A stretch of 64,000 nt of DNA from Porphyridium purpureum (taxonomy: Eukaryota), in contig VRMN01000010.1 of assembly GCA_008690995.1 (NCBI GenBank), positions 310,001 to 374,000 on the forward strand, in the 5' to 3' direction. The notes beneath the pieces were generated by a model. That model was not told the DNA's origin. It saw only the letters and a list, made by a program, of their open reading frames with translations, and made no database searches. Each line of letters starts with the position of its first letter. Position 1 is the stretch's first letter. The translations under genes were made by a program, and so were the position numbers. This document shows positions 27,447-38,204 of the stretch, in pieces.

Positions 27447-28772
27447 ATGTGCTGGCGGGCGGCGACCAGGTCATGGCGATGTGTTTTGTTTCGTGCCAGG
27501 CGTCAGAGCCCCACAGCGAGTGCGAGCGTGGCTGGCGCGACGGCACGTTGGATGCATTCGAGCGTCATGGTGATGAAGGGCGACGAGATTGATGAAAGAC
27601 CTCTGAATCGGTGGGCGCAAAGATACATTGACCACAGGATGGACGAAACGCTGCAAGTAATCGACAAGACTGGCAAGCTCGTGACCAAGGAAAAGCCGAA
27701 AAGGCCCAAGCGGGCGCCCAGGCAGAAGCCGGAGGAGATCAAGAATTGGGACGACATCGAAGGACCGTGGTACGCTATTCGCATCGGGAAAGACAGGTTC
27801 CGTGGGATCGTCTTTGAGCTGGAGGAGTTCAAAGAATTGACCGAAGGCGCGAGAAAATCGTTCGGGCGCAAGTATACCGAGCGGGATGACGACGTCATTT
27901 TAGACGCGCTCGACTTTGTCCGGCATTCGAACACTCGATACACTGAGAAGCAGAAGTGGATGAAAGCGACGCCGCTGTTTTTCGCCTTTCGACACGGCAA
28001 GAATGGTGCTAGAGGTCTCGTGCACAAGCACCAACTGTGGACTATTCTCGAGAAGCGCCCGGAGTTAAATACAAAAACGGTCGAGAAGCGAGCTTTCGAA
28101 AATTGCAATCAAGGGCTGCTCTTCTGTGAGCTTGCAGGAACCGAGAGCAAGGCCTGGACCACCCTCGAAAGATCGCTGCTCTACCTTGCGAAGAATCGGA
28201 GCGTTCACATGACTGAACTTCTCGATCACTACATGATCCGCGAAGAAGAAGATGAGTTACCAACCGGCCCGTTACCTGCCGAGACGCCGGAGCAAGGAGA
28301 AACGGCCAGTGAGAACGACGGTGTTGATACAATGAAGACAGGACACGAAGAGCGAAAAGACGGCGATCCGAAAGACGCGGAGCCTGTAGATCGCGAACGA
28401 AAAAAACGCAAGCCACAAGACCGGGAGCCGGAAGACGAGGAGCCAGAAGACGAGGAGATCAAGAATTTGGTGGTCGGCGGGCCTGTAGACATTCTGGACG
28501 AGAGCAGCTCGGAAGAGCGCCCCATGGGTGACGTGACGGACGATGAGGTAGATTTGCCCAATCCTAACATGCTTGACACAGCTGACGCTCGCAGTGACGA
28601 GGACGATGATGAAATTGATTCTGCGTTGGAGAAACTTATTGACGGTGTAGCACGAAATGCAATCGAGGACTGGCTGAAGGATTTGGAGCTGGACTCATGG
28701 CTAAAGGACGAGAATGTTGACGAAAGTGTCCCGAAAGGAATCGAGGTGCCTGAGAGCTCGAAGTCAAGCTAG
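27447..28772 (+). CDS. Double-HBD family member 12 (acidic tail)
   Basis: RWMHSSV; GPWYAIRIGKDRFRGIV; FFAFRHGKNGARG; NCNQGLLFCELAGT. Confidence 0.85.
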   Translation: MCWRAATRSWRCVLFRARRQSPTASASVAGATARWMHSSVMVMKGDEIDERPLNRWAQRYIDHRMDETLQVIDKTGKLVTKEKPKRPKRAPRQKPEEIKNWDDIEGPWYAIRIGKDRFRGIVFELEEFKELTEGARKSFGRKYTERDDDVILDALDFVRHSNTRYTEKQKWMKATPLFFAFRHGKNGARGLVHKHQLWTILEKRPELNTKTVEKRAFENCNQGLLFCELAGTESKAWTTLERSLLYLAKNRSVHMTELLDHYMIREEEDELPTGPLPAETPEQGETASENDGVDTMKTGHEERKDGDPKDAEPVDRERKKRKPQDREPEDEEPEDEEIKNLVVGGPVDILDESSSEERPMGDVTDDEVDLPNPNMLDTADARSDEDDDEIDSALEKLIDGVARNAIEDWLKDLELDSWLKDENVDESVPKGIEVPESSKSS

Positions 28773-29160
28773 CCAACCCTATATTTTCCGTGTTTTCGGT
28801 CCAAGAAGACACGCACAGGTTTGCAGTGTGAGCCGCGTGTTTCAGTGAACACGAACAGAATAGACGGAAAAGTCTTGGACTGCTGAAACGACGTCTTACC
28901 CAAGCGCAAACGCAAGAGCTGCACGTATCCTTTGCCATCGCGATGTGAATCGAGAACAGAGCGTGCGTACACAGTATTTGAGCGATAAAATTGACGATGC
29001 GGTTCTGCTTCGTGGCGGCGGGAGCGCGCCACTACATGCTTGCCACATCATGGTCTTGACCAACAAGCCACCACCAAAACCACCACCATGACAACTGCTA
29101 CCAGTGTCATCAGAGAAAAGGTAGGAAAACGAGCAGCAGCCGCGGCAAATGTTGTAAAGG

Positions 29161-30459
29161 ATGGCCAGGTTCGCGCCGCGCTGTGGCCCGTTCGGCGGCA
29201 CTATGTTCCGACGGCTCGCGGCCGTCGCTTTGACCCGCCCGGCCCCACAGAGGCTTGCATGCACGCTGCCGCCTGGATGGGTGCTGGATGAGAAAGAAAG
29301 GCGCATGAAATTCAAGCCGGATTATCAGTCGATTGCGGACGTGCCGTTGTGGCCGGCGCGATCCGAGAAGGACAAACTCAAGTCAGGTGGCTTCGATGAT
29401 CCGCTGCAGGGCCCCTTCTTCGCAATCCGGAAAGGGTTGGATGGATTTCGGGGCGTCGTGGCCAAGAAGGATGTGTGCGAATCGCTGACGAGACACGTGC
29501 CTAGTGCGGACATGAAGATGACGCAAACGCTGCGTCAAGCAATGGATTACGTGCAGAGTTTCCTGAAGAGAGCAACGCCGAACTTTTTCGCGTTCCGGTA
29601 CGGCATTGACGGCGCAAGAGGCTTTACGACGGATCGATACGTCTACTTGGACCTTGTAGAGCGCATCGAGCAGCCTCACTGCGACGCTGAATTTTTCGAG
29701 AAGTACCAGTTTAATAACATGACACAGGCCCTATTGTTCTGCGAACAAGCAGGAACCGAGAAGAAGCATTGGCAGACCTTGGAGCATTCCATTCGGTACT
29801 TTGCGAAGCATTCATCATTGGACATTGTCAACATGATGGATCGATACCTTGTCAGAGCTGGAGAGGACGACCTGAATTACGGCCCTGTCAAGCCGCCAGG
29901 ATCCACACTTTTCCTGGACGAGTTTAAGGCTGAAATGCGAGCCGAAGCCGAGGCTGCTGAACAGGAGATGCTTAGTAAGCTTCCGCCGTTGCCCGACTTG
30001 AACGCTGCCTTTGAGGAGCTCTCGCAAGTGATGAATGCGTCGGATGCTTCGGATGAAGAGCGCGAGCGTAAGCTTGATTCTTTTCTGGTAACTTATGTGC
30101 GCACGGCCTCTCGAAAAGTGCTCATGAAATCGCTCGAAGATCTCGACCAGCTTGCCGTGCATGCATGGGCCCGAAAGGTGATTGAAGAGGATGAAAAGTA
30201 CCAAAAGATGACTGAGAATGCAGAAAAGGAAGACGAGCAAGTCACGCAAGAAATCAACGCTCTTTCTGAACTGTTCGGAGCGCCGCAGGAATTCATTGAA
30301 GAACTGGGCGACGACGCGCCCGAAAAAAATCCAGAAAATTATGCAATCGAGCAAAGTCGAGTCATCGCTGCTCTTGAAGAATCTGAAGTGGCTAAAAAAG
30401 GACAGACGCGAAAAGAACCTATCGAGATCGTCGTAACTGGTCTACTCCATCCGCGGTGA
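29161..30459 (+). CDS. Double-HBD family member 13 (acidic helical tail)
   Basis: GPFFAIRKGLDGFRGVV; FFAFRYGIDGARG; NMTQALLFCEQAGT; Arg-rich N-terminus. Confidence 0.85.
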   Translation: MARFAPRCGPFGGTMFRRLAAVALTRPAPQRLACTLPPGWVLDEKERRMKFKPDYQSIADVPLWPARSEKDKLKSGGFDDPLQGPFFAIRKGLDGFRGVVAKKDVCESLTRHVPSADMKMTQTLRQAMDYVQSFLKRATPNFFAFRYGIDGARGFTTDRYVYLDLVERIEQPHCDAEFFEKYQFNNMTQALLFCEQAGTEKKHWQTLEHSIRYFAKHSSLDIVNMMDRYLVRAGEDDLNYGPVKPPGSTLFLDEFKAEMRAEAEAAEQEMLSKLPPLPDLNAAFEELSQVMNASDASDEERERKLDSFLVTYVRTASRKVLMKSLEDLDQLAVHAWARKVIEEDEKYQKMTENAEKEDEQVTQEINALSELFGAPQEFIEELGDDAPEKNPENYAIEQSRVIAALEESEVAKKGQTRKEPIEIVVTGLLHPR

Positions 30460-30623
30460 ATGTGAAGGCCAATAGTGCACCTCGTATTTTCCATGGTTGC
30501 ACCCATCACCAGCATTTGGGGTATCGTACTGACGCATGGAATCACTGCGCCGTGTATGGTGTACAACGACAACCTTGACCGCTTCTCTGGAAGGCTCGCT
30601 GCTTTACTCTTTCTCGGAGAGGG

Positions 30624-31361
30624 CTATTTGTGTGCCGGATGCGTCCCCGGCTCTTCCAGTGAGAGCGGTTCGCCGAGCGGAAGCGTGTGCGCACGGAGGA
30701 AGAGCCGCGTTGGAACAATGCCGGTGTCTTTTTCGCCTGGGCTCAGCACCACGTCATTTGCGCTGAGGAAAAAGGGAATGCCTTCTCTTATGCCGCGCTG
30801 CACGTCAACCCACACGGCCACCTTGCACTGCATACGTATGCCGCTTTTGACCTGGTCATTGCCAGGCAGCGCTGTCGCCATGTGGACGTGTCTTCGGGTC
30901 ATGCGCGAGAGCCCAACTTTGCGTATGTGCTCCCATGCCACCCGCGATGTTCCATGAACGGCCTCCTGAATGCCTGAATCTATCGTGAGACGTGTCAGCA
31001 TGGCGTCATCGTCCAGTCCCGACGCGAGCGTATGGCCCTGTGTGGCACGAATGTAAAGTGGCAGGTCTTGTGTACCTGTGTCGCTCGCTGCAGCTTTCCC
31101 ATCGCCAACCCGCAGCTCGAAGCGTCCCTTCTCATCTGCAGCCACAATTGCGCGGACATCCTCAACACTCACGCCCTTGAAGCGGCGCAGCCGCAGCACC
31201 TGCTCGAGCGGCACAAACCCATCGGGCGTAAGGCAGTGCGCGAGTCCCGCATCGATGACGCCATGACGCAGCAGCTGCGAGAGGTTCTTCGAAAGACGGA
31301 CGTGGTACCCCGGGCGCTTCGCGACCATGTCACTGCCTTGGGAACGCGCGATATCTCGCAT
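30624..31361 (-). CDS. TPT1: tRNA/RNA 2'-phosphotransferase (Tpt1/KptA)
   Basis: LSKNLSQLLRHG, DGFVPL, DEKGRFEL, IRATQGHT, VHGT, GLSRMTRRHVHMA, SGIR, FFLSANDVVLSPG. The catalytic Arg-His-Arg-Arg set appears present. Start 31361 or 31328. Confidence 0.93.
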   Translation of the reverse strand: MRDIARSQGSDMVAKRPGYHVRLSKNLSQLLRHGVIDAGLAHCLTPDGFVPLEQVLRLRRFKGVSVEDVRAIVAADEKGRFELRVGDGKAAASDTGTQDLPLYIRATQGHTLASGLDDDAMLTRLTIDSGIQEAVHGTSRVAWEHIRKVGLSRMTRRHVHMATALPGNDQVKSGIRMQCKVAVWVDVQRGIREGIPFFLSANDVVLSPGEKDTGIVPTRLFLRAHTLPLGEPLSLEEPGTHPAHK

Positions 31362-31397
31362 CACGGCTCTGTCGTCCGAGCTGGAGCACGTCAACAA

Positions 31398-32780
31398 ATG
31401 CTTGGCTGGTGGAGGTCGGCAGCACAGAGCGGCTGCCGTGAGCGCATGGGTGTGCAGATTGGTCGGCGCGCTGGAGCGGATGGAGTGCGGCGATCGATTC
31501 ATACCAGCGCAGTGGCGCTGCGGCGGGGAGCCAGCTTTGGATGTGGGTATGGCAGAGGCAACTACCCTCGAGGCGGTAATCCTTCTCCCGCGGTGAAAAG
31601 GGTGACGCAGTGGACTTCGTACGAGCGAGATGAGGATGCTTACGATGGGCCACTGCCCCTGCACGAGCTTCCCGTGTCAAATGTGATTGTCGAGCCGGAC
31701 CCTGAAGGCCCCTTCTTCGCCATTCAAAGCGGGCGAGATGCGTATCGAGGCGTCGTCTTGTCCGAATCTGAGTACAAGGCACTTACGCTCAATGTGGAAG
31801 ACTCGCACGGCAAGGCGTTCCCGCGCATGAAGGACGCGATCCGGTTCGCGTTGAGACATGATGAGAAAAAGTACCAGTACCATGGCCGCTTCCTGGCCTT
31901 TCGACACGGCCTATACGGCGCTCGCGGATACTTGTTCTTGGATCGCGCCTACACGAATATTTTGCCGCGCATCCAGAGTCCCGACATTGAGATGTACCGA
32001 TTCGATAACACCACGCAGGCGCTTCTCTTCTGTGAGCAGGCAGGAACTCCAGATACCGATTGGCACACTCTGGCATCTGCTATTCGGTGGATGGCCAAAT
32101 ACCCGAGTCTTCGTGCACCGCACCTGATGTGGAAGTACCTGATGAGGCACGGAAAGCGCCGTGAGCGCATTCCTAGTGGGCCCTTGGCTGATGGATCTTT
32201 CCCAGAAAGGCCTCAAGAGGACGACGCTTCCGATGAAACTCCGCAGAATAACAGTGCAAACGAATCCGTGCATAAACCTGCGGCGGTAAATCCATGGGAT
32301 GTTGAGATTGACACCAGTTTGGACGACCTGGTGGAGTGCGTTGCACGAAACCAAATGTCGCTCAAGGAGTTGAGCTACAAAACAGCCAAACAAGTACACG
32401 CCTTGCTGCAGAAGCGCGAGCCAACCTTTAAGCTAAGAAGAGAGTCGCTGACGCGTGAGGCGGAGTATGCAAGAGAAGCGGATCGTGAGCGATTGGATCT
32501 GTGGGAAGAAGAACGTCTTGCAAGAGTGAACGAAAAATTAGAACGAAAGCGGCGGATGGAAGCCTGGCGAAAGCTTGCCTCGGAGGGTCGTCTGCCGCGG
32601 AAGCTCAACCCGTACCGGCCTGCACCTCGCAGGCGCGTCGTGCGAAAGTTGGCAAATGAGCGCAGCTCAAAAGAAAGCAGTACGATTCGAGTCGACGACG
32701 CGATTGCGCGCAACACCTTGAACTTGGTGCTGAGCATGCGAAGTACGCTATCAAGCTTGCGAGAAAGCACGGAAGGTTAG
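31398..32780 (+). CDS. Double-HBD family member 14 (basic coiled-coil tail)
   Basis: MLGWWRSAA...RRSIHTSAVALRR; GPFFAIQSGRDAYRGVV; FLAFRHGLYGARG; TQALLFCEQAGT..DW. Confidence 0.85.
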   Translation: MLGWWRSAAQSGCRERMGVQIGRRAGADGVRRSIHTSAVALRRGASFGCGYGRGNYPRGGNPSPAVKRVTQWTSYERDEDAYDGPLPLHELPVSNVIVEPDPEGPFFAIQSGRDAYRGVVLSESEYKALTLNVEDSHGKAFPRMKDAIRFALRHDEKKYQYHGRFLAFRHGLYGARGYLFLDRAYTNILPRIQSPDIEMYRFDNTTQALLFCEQAGTPDTDWHTLASAIRWMAKYPSLRAPHLMWKYLMRHGKRRERIPSGPLADGSFPERPQEDDASDETPQNNSANESVHKPAAVNPWDVEIDTSLDDLVECVARNQMSLKELSYKTAKQVHALLQKREPTFKLRRESLTREAEYAREADRERLDLWEEERLARVNEKLERKRRMEAWRKLASEGRLPRKLNPYRPAPRRRVVRKLANERSSKESSTIRVDDAIARNTLNLVLSMRSTLSSLRESTEG

Positions 32781-33882
32781 AGTTTGCCACACTTCATGGG
32801 ACCGAGCCGCCAATTGTTCTGCCTTTTGATTCCGGTTGGATTTGTTCGCCGTTCTACCTCCTTGCAACGGGCCACTGCGTCATGCACGACACGAGCCTTT
32901 GAGAGGTGAGATCTGGTATTCAGGAAGCCCAGGAGACCTTTTGCGCGTGAACACAGTTATGCAGACTGGCAATATCTTGTTTCTTGTCCGAAAGGCGATA
33001 TCGCTGGGCTCCCGCTCTTGGGATCCAAATGTCAGCGCTCACCCGGTCTCTCTAGAAATTTTCGGTTCGCCGGGTGTGTCTCGCATCTTTGCCGCAGCTA
33101 AAAAGCGAAAAGGGCTCGATGGATTATTTGGCGACTTGCTTTTTCGGCCGGCGCATGAACGCGTTTCCCTGACAGTAATGCCGCTCGGCAAGTTGACGAC
33201 TGCCCGGAAGCGGTTGCCCAGGCCACCACAGTGTGCGAGTTGCGAAATGGTCTTGCGAGGATGTGTGAAATCAAAGTGGGTCCGAATGGACGGTGATCAT
33301 GTCATTTGACATTGAAGAGCGACGGGTTTGCTTGCATCGCTTGTGGAACGAGTTACTAGATACAACTCTTTTTTTCCCCGGAGTTCGGCGGCAAAAGACC
33401 CGTTGAAGGTCCCTTTCTCGGATTTCGATGGCTCCGAGCTACAATCCTTGACGAACATCTTTTCGTGGTCAAGTATGGCCGGAGCTTCGCCGCCGCGATG
33501 AGCGATGACGCGCCTCATAAAATGCCGAACCTAGCTCATTCACAACACAAGCCGCCTTTCCATCCGTCATCCAGTCTATCATAAAAATTCTGGAGCGTCA
33601 TTCCGAGAGCAGATGCAGGCTTTGGCGCGGCTCCTCGTGCGTCTCTTGACTTCGCACACGAGGACTTCTCCGTGTAGTTATGCCTTGCGCACACCACGAC
33701 AGTGTCCAGGCGATTTCGTCGTCGTTCCGCTCTCGACCACAGTCTCCTCTTAGGACCCGGTAGCGGATGCGCGCTTCATTCCAACCGAGCCGCCAACCTT
33801 GTGGCACGACGCGAACACGGCGTGAGAGTGTCGAGCAGGCACAACGCCCTGAGGCTTGCGCGGAGACAGACACGCAGGCAGA

Positions 33883-34824
33883 ATGTCTGGATGGAGGCTT
33901 GCGCGGTTGCTTCCTGTCGCGCCACGCGCCGCTCATGCGGTGGAGATTCGTGGGGTGGGATGGCAAGAAAACGTAGCTCATGCGCGCCGATGGATTCATG
34001 CGAGCGCCGTCGCGACGAAGAAGAAGGGAGGGAGCAGGAGGGCGCGGAATGAGAGGAAGCCGAGCAGGGATCTGCCTATTGCAGGCGCGCAAAAGTGGCC
34101 GTGGAATGGTTATCGAGGCATGCAGGATCCCGACCTGGAAGACTCCGAGGCTTCCATCACGCTCAGGGGCCCGTTCCGAGCCATTCGGAGAGGCCGGTTT
34201 GCGTTTCGCGGCATTGTGCTCGATGAGGAAGAGTTTATGACGCTCGCGGGCGGCATAGAGAGACCAGAAGCCGAGAGATTCCACAGCCTCAAGGACGCCA
34301 TTCAGTTCTGTTCCTTGTACACGGAAAAGTCAGTCCGACGATTCTTTGCGTTTCGTCATGGCCTGGACGGCGCACGCGGGCTTTCGGTGGACAAAAAGAT
34401 CTTTCAGGCGCTGATTCAGCGATTCGACTCGCCGACTTGCGAAAAGCTAGAATTCTCAAACATGGTACAACCATTAGTCTTCTGCTTGCAAGCCGGAACG
34501 TACGGTACGGATTGGCACACGCTGGAAGACTCGGTGATTTACATTGCCAAAGAGCGTCTCAAGACCCCGGCCCTGGTCTGCAAGTTTTCGTTCTGGTCCG
34601 CCGAGGCTCCACTGCGGACTGGCTCCAACGAGGTGGCTAGTGCGCCGCCCATGCTGGCCAAGGTGCTTGAATCAGAGCCTTTGGCGAGCTCACATTCCCA
34701 TGCCGAGATCGGTTTCGACACGTCAGACAGCACCGCTCAAACTGCTTCAATACACGCCGACGGCGAAAGGAATAAGGACTCACGCATGCAAAGCACCAGC
34801 GAAGGCGAGCGCGCCGAGGATTAA
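33883..34824 (+). CDS. Double-HBD family member 15
   Basis: RRWIHASAVATKK; GPFRAIRRGRFAFRGIV; FFAFRHGLDGARG; NMVQPLVFCLQAGT..DW. Confidence 0.85.
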   Translation: MSGWRLARLLPVAPRAAHAVEIRGVGWQENVAHARRWIHASAVATKKKGGSRRARNERKPSRDLPIAGAQKWPWNGYRGMQDPDLEDSEASITLRGPFRAIRRGRFAFRGIVLDEEEFMTLAGGIERPEAERFHSLKDAIQFCSLYTEKSVRRFFAFRHGLDGARGLSVDKKIFQALIQRFDSPTCEKLEFSNMVQPLVFCLQAGTYGTDWHTLEDSVIYIAKERLKTPALVCKFSFWSAEAPLRTGSNEVASAPPMLAKVLESEPLASSHSHAEIGFDTSDSTAQTASIHADGERNKDSRMQSTSEGERAED

Positions 34825-35418
34825 AAGGAAAGGCGAATGTCGCTTGGATGCGGAAGTACTCGAACGGAATGAATTTGCAGCGGATGCGCCACCGACGATC
34901 GAATCATCTGACGCGAAACAGCAGGATGCATTCTGATGAGGCCCTGTATTGTTCAATCTCTGTGCGATCTTTTGGTCTGCTCTTAGCGGTCCTCGCGCGC
35001 ACGATATGGGAACGCCGATTCAACATGACGCGCCATACACCGTGATGCACAGGCACATACACAGACGCACGCACGTGCGCACGCGTTAATTTACCCATGG
35101 AGGCACCAGAGAATGCCGACATTGGCGACGCGGAAGAAGGCTGTAGACACACGCCTACACTCATGCGAGAGCTCGTGTCGCCATAGACATGTCTCCGAGG
35201 CTTTCTGTGTTGCACGGCATCCATCTTGGTCAGCATTTAGTCCATGTAGCTGCGAACAGCCTTGCCAGTACAAGTAAAGCGTCAGAGTTCATCGTTACAT
35301 GCGCGCTGGCTCTTGCCGAGCAGTCTGAGCCAGTGGAGACAGCCGCCGTGCGGTCGAGCTGCCGCCGAGCTGGCTCGCTCGTCGTTGGACGGGAAGACAT
35401 TCATGTGCGCGAAAAAGG

Positions 35419-36183
35419 ATGTCTTGCTGGTTGAGTTGGTCACGACAGAGAGTGACGGGAGTGTCTTTATGCCGCGCAAGAGGAACGGTTGCCGACGCAC
35501 TTGCGCGGTGCTTCTTTGGCGCGCGCGGATGTTTTCATACGAGTGCAGCAGCGTTGAAGACGAAGGACGATAATACTGAACGCCGTCCTCCGGTTGGACA
35601 AACGGGCGCAAGGATTTGGCCCCCACACGACCCGCGTCGTGTGCATCCGGGTGTTCTGGCCGGCGAGTTGAAAGGTCCGTTCTACGCGATCAAGCACGGG
35701 CGAGATAAGATGCGGGGTGTGGTGATAAACAGGGACGACTACATTGCTCTGACAAAAGGAGTGTCAGAATGGAAAGCGCGCAAGACGGAGACAGTGGAAG
35801 AGGCTGCCGCGGAGTTTAATTCTAGCTCAATCAAGCGGCGCTTCTTTGCATTCCGTCATGGCGCGAAAGGCTCCCGTGGGCTCTTGATTCGAGAAGAGGC
35901 CATCAGACATCTCGTGCCGCGCGTTCGAGCCCCGACGCTCGACATGGGACAGTTCAACAATATCACGCAGGCGCTCGTGTTCTGCGAGCAAGCAGGAACG
36001 AATGAAACTCACTGGCAGACGCTAGAAGGCGCGCTCCTTTTTCTGTTGAAGAATCCGGACATGCGCGTCACTGCGTTGATCTCCAAATTCTTGCTCAAGA
36101 CCGGATACTCCCCGCTTCCGCGCGGCCCGTTTCCCGCTGATGCAAGTGATCCGCCGGAGGCAGAGGAGAAACCGTGTAGCTAG
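35419..36183 (+). CDS. Double-HBD family member 16
   Basis: RGCFHTSAAALK; GPFYAIKHGRDKMRGVV; FFAFRHGAKGSRG; NITQALVFCEQAGT. Confidence 0.87.
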   Translation: MSCWLSWSRQRVTGVSLCRARGTVADALARCFFGARGCFHTSAAALKTKDDNTERRPPVGQTGARIWPPHDPRRVHPGVLAGELKGPFYAIKHGRDKMRGVVINRDDYIALTKGVSEWKARKTETVEEAAAEFNSSSIKRRFFAFRHGAKGSRGLLIREEAIRHLVPRVRAPTLDMGQFNNITQALVFCEQAGTNETHWQTLEGALLFLLKNPDMRVTALISKFLLKTGYSPLPRGPFPADASDPPEAEEKPCS

Positions 36184-36666
36184 CCTGTTCGTCCGGGCCT
36201 TCGTTGTGTACACGACACCCACCGACGACGATGATAGAGGCGTTCCAACAAGCTGCTGCTCCTTACGACGAGCGCGCAAGCGCATCCCAACTGGCTGCTT
36301 TGCTGGGCACTCAAGCATGCGCTTGTCCTGCCATGCGAGGCATTTGATTCGCCGTGGCGCAGTTCAGCAGATGCTGCTGCGCAGAAAAACCGCATTCAGT
36401 CGGCGTGCCTAATCGTTCGACTGACCATAAAGCTGCTGTTTGTCCGCGGACAGAGGATCTAGCCGTGCGGAAACGCCTGAGAGACACTGCGCCGTCATGC
36501 CCTACGCCGTAGCGTAAACGTATGAAGGTAGGCTACCGCATCGCCTTGCATGTCGACCCCATAATCGCGGAAACTCGTTGCCGCGGGCGGTCGTGTACTT
36601 TCCGAGGTTGCGCGATCGCGAACCCTCGAAGGCCGTTGGGCCGTCCCAGTCGCCTCCCCGCAGTGA

Positions 36667-37698
36667 ATGATGTGTTGGTGGCGAACGAGCGGACAGCGTA
36701 TTCGCAACGCGTACTTTGCGGCACTCCAGGCGCGACTAGACACAGCACCGGCTCGAGCGATCCACGCGAGCGCTGCGACGCTGAGAATCAGAAAACACAG
36801 AAAGAAAGGTTTCCAGAAGGGTGGCGGCTTCAATCTGGGCGCGACGGTTTGGTCGGCATATGCGCCAAGTCCTTCGACCAGCCCGGGCGACGAAGAGCCC
36901 GAAGGTCCGTTCTACGCCATTCGCGTGGGGCGGGAAAAGTTTCGCGGCGTGGTGCTGAGAAGTGTGGTGTACGATGCGTTTGTGAAAGACGTGAAAGGGG
37001 TCGAGGCAAAATCGATAGAGACGCTAGAAGAAGCCGTCGCATTCTGCGCCCGGTCAAGTTTAGAGAAACGCGACAAGGCGTGTTCTCGTTTCTTTGCGTT
37101 TAGATATGGCCTGGATGGCGCGCGTCTCATCTCAACCTCGGAAACGGTGTTCAGAAGTATGTTGAAGCGATTCCGCGCACCCGCGCGCGAACTCGCAGAG
37201 TTTAGCAACATGACGCAAGCTCTGGTATTTTGCGAACAGGCCGGCACACTTGCCACAGACTGGCAAACACTCGCGGGCTCGGTCCGATTTGTCGCACGAA
37301 ACCCGAGTCTGGATCAACGCGACATGGAGCGCTTTTATCGAACGCAGTGCACCCGCGGGTCATTACCAACCGGCCCTTGGCCGATGGCACATGACTTGCT
37401 GAAAGCCGTGCGAGCCCAAGCACATGCCCCTATTCGGCCCGGTTTTGTCGGCGGCGAACACAAGCACATTTGGGAGAGTGGCGCTTCATCTGTCAGGCGC
37501 GGGGAAGAAGCAGGCGGAGAGAGCAGTGCAGATCCCGCATGTAGCGGTGAGTCCAAAGTGACCTGCGAACTGGGAAGCGCTCCGAAATCGTCACTCACCG
37601 ACGTTGAGCGTGTGATGCTTGCCGGCCCAGCAAAGAATGCAAAGTGTGGAGATCGGAAGACGCTCGCGCAAGACAACCGTTGCTCTCACAGGTCGTGA
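36667..37698 (+). CDS. Double-HBD family member 17
   Basis: RAIHASAATLR; GPFYAIRVGREKFRGVV; FFAFRYGLDGAR; NMTQALVFCEQAGT..DW. Confidence 0.87.
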   Translation: MMCWWRTSGQRIRNAYFAALQARLDTAPARAIHASAATLRIRKHRKKGFQKGGGFNLGATVWSAYAPSPSTSPGDEEPEGPFYAIRVGREKFRGVVLRSVVYDAFVKDVKGVEAKSIETLEEAVAFCARSSLEKRDKACSRFFAFRYGLDGARLISTSETVFRSMLKRFRAPARELAEFSNMTQALVFCEQAGTLATDWQTLAGSVRFVARNPSLDQRDMERFYRTQCTRGSLPTGPWPMAHDLLKAVRAQAHAPIRPGFVGGEHKHIWESGASSVRRGEEAGGESSADPACSGESKVTCELGSAPKSSLTDVERVMLAGPAKNAKCGDRKTLAQDNRCSHRS

Positions 37699-38204
37699 TC
37701 TAGGATGCTACTTCTTCGAGTTTTGCCTGGCATCAGCAAGTAGACGCAGGCCCTTGGCCTGTTTCCTAGTGTAGAAAGGTCCTCTGAGATCCACGTGGTG
37801 TCCATCGTATTGTTCGAAGTCCTTTTGGCAGGCGCACGCATCTCGCCATTGGTGGTGCAAATACCGAGTAGAGTCTCTGTGTCGGCGCAGCTTCACATGG
37901 CTGCGCGATTCGCGATGAGGATGGCGAACCGCTTGTCACGTGTATCAGACCCGGCCTTTTGTCCCCAACGCTGCCACTCACGCAATCAATAAAACGCGCA
38001 CAAGGAGTCACGCGCAAATGCACGCGCGAAGAAGAAGAGCGTCCGTGCCTGTGGAAGTGACGATTCGCACTTTGCCGCACGCGAGCTTTGCGTGGCTGCT
38101 GGGTGACCCACGCGTGCGATGCAACTCCGCCGTCGGCGGAAAACTGGACCAGCTTCGTCCGGGGTGAGGATTGTATCGCCCGTCATTGGCGTCGGGACGG
38201 GAAA

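Noticed and set aside
31032..31397. 122-aa N-terminal extension of member 14 in the ORF track
   Set aside because: Lies antisense to the TPT1 CDS; the presequence-type start at 31398 matches paralogs
32850..33518. Possible inverted, degenerate family copy (GSFAAELRGK, LFAF..CGKDAR, ALTF, SGPL on the minus strand)
   Set aside because: Motif spacing does not fit the module and frameshifts are needed; not supportable without a profile search
37708..37896. Minus-strand mini-ORF containing DLRGPFY
   Set aside because: Only a 4-6 residue match; no FRG or second-half motifs follow
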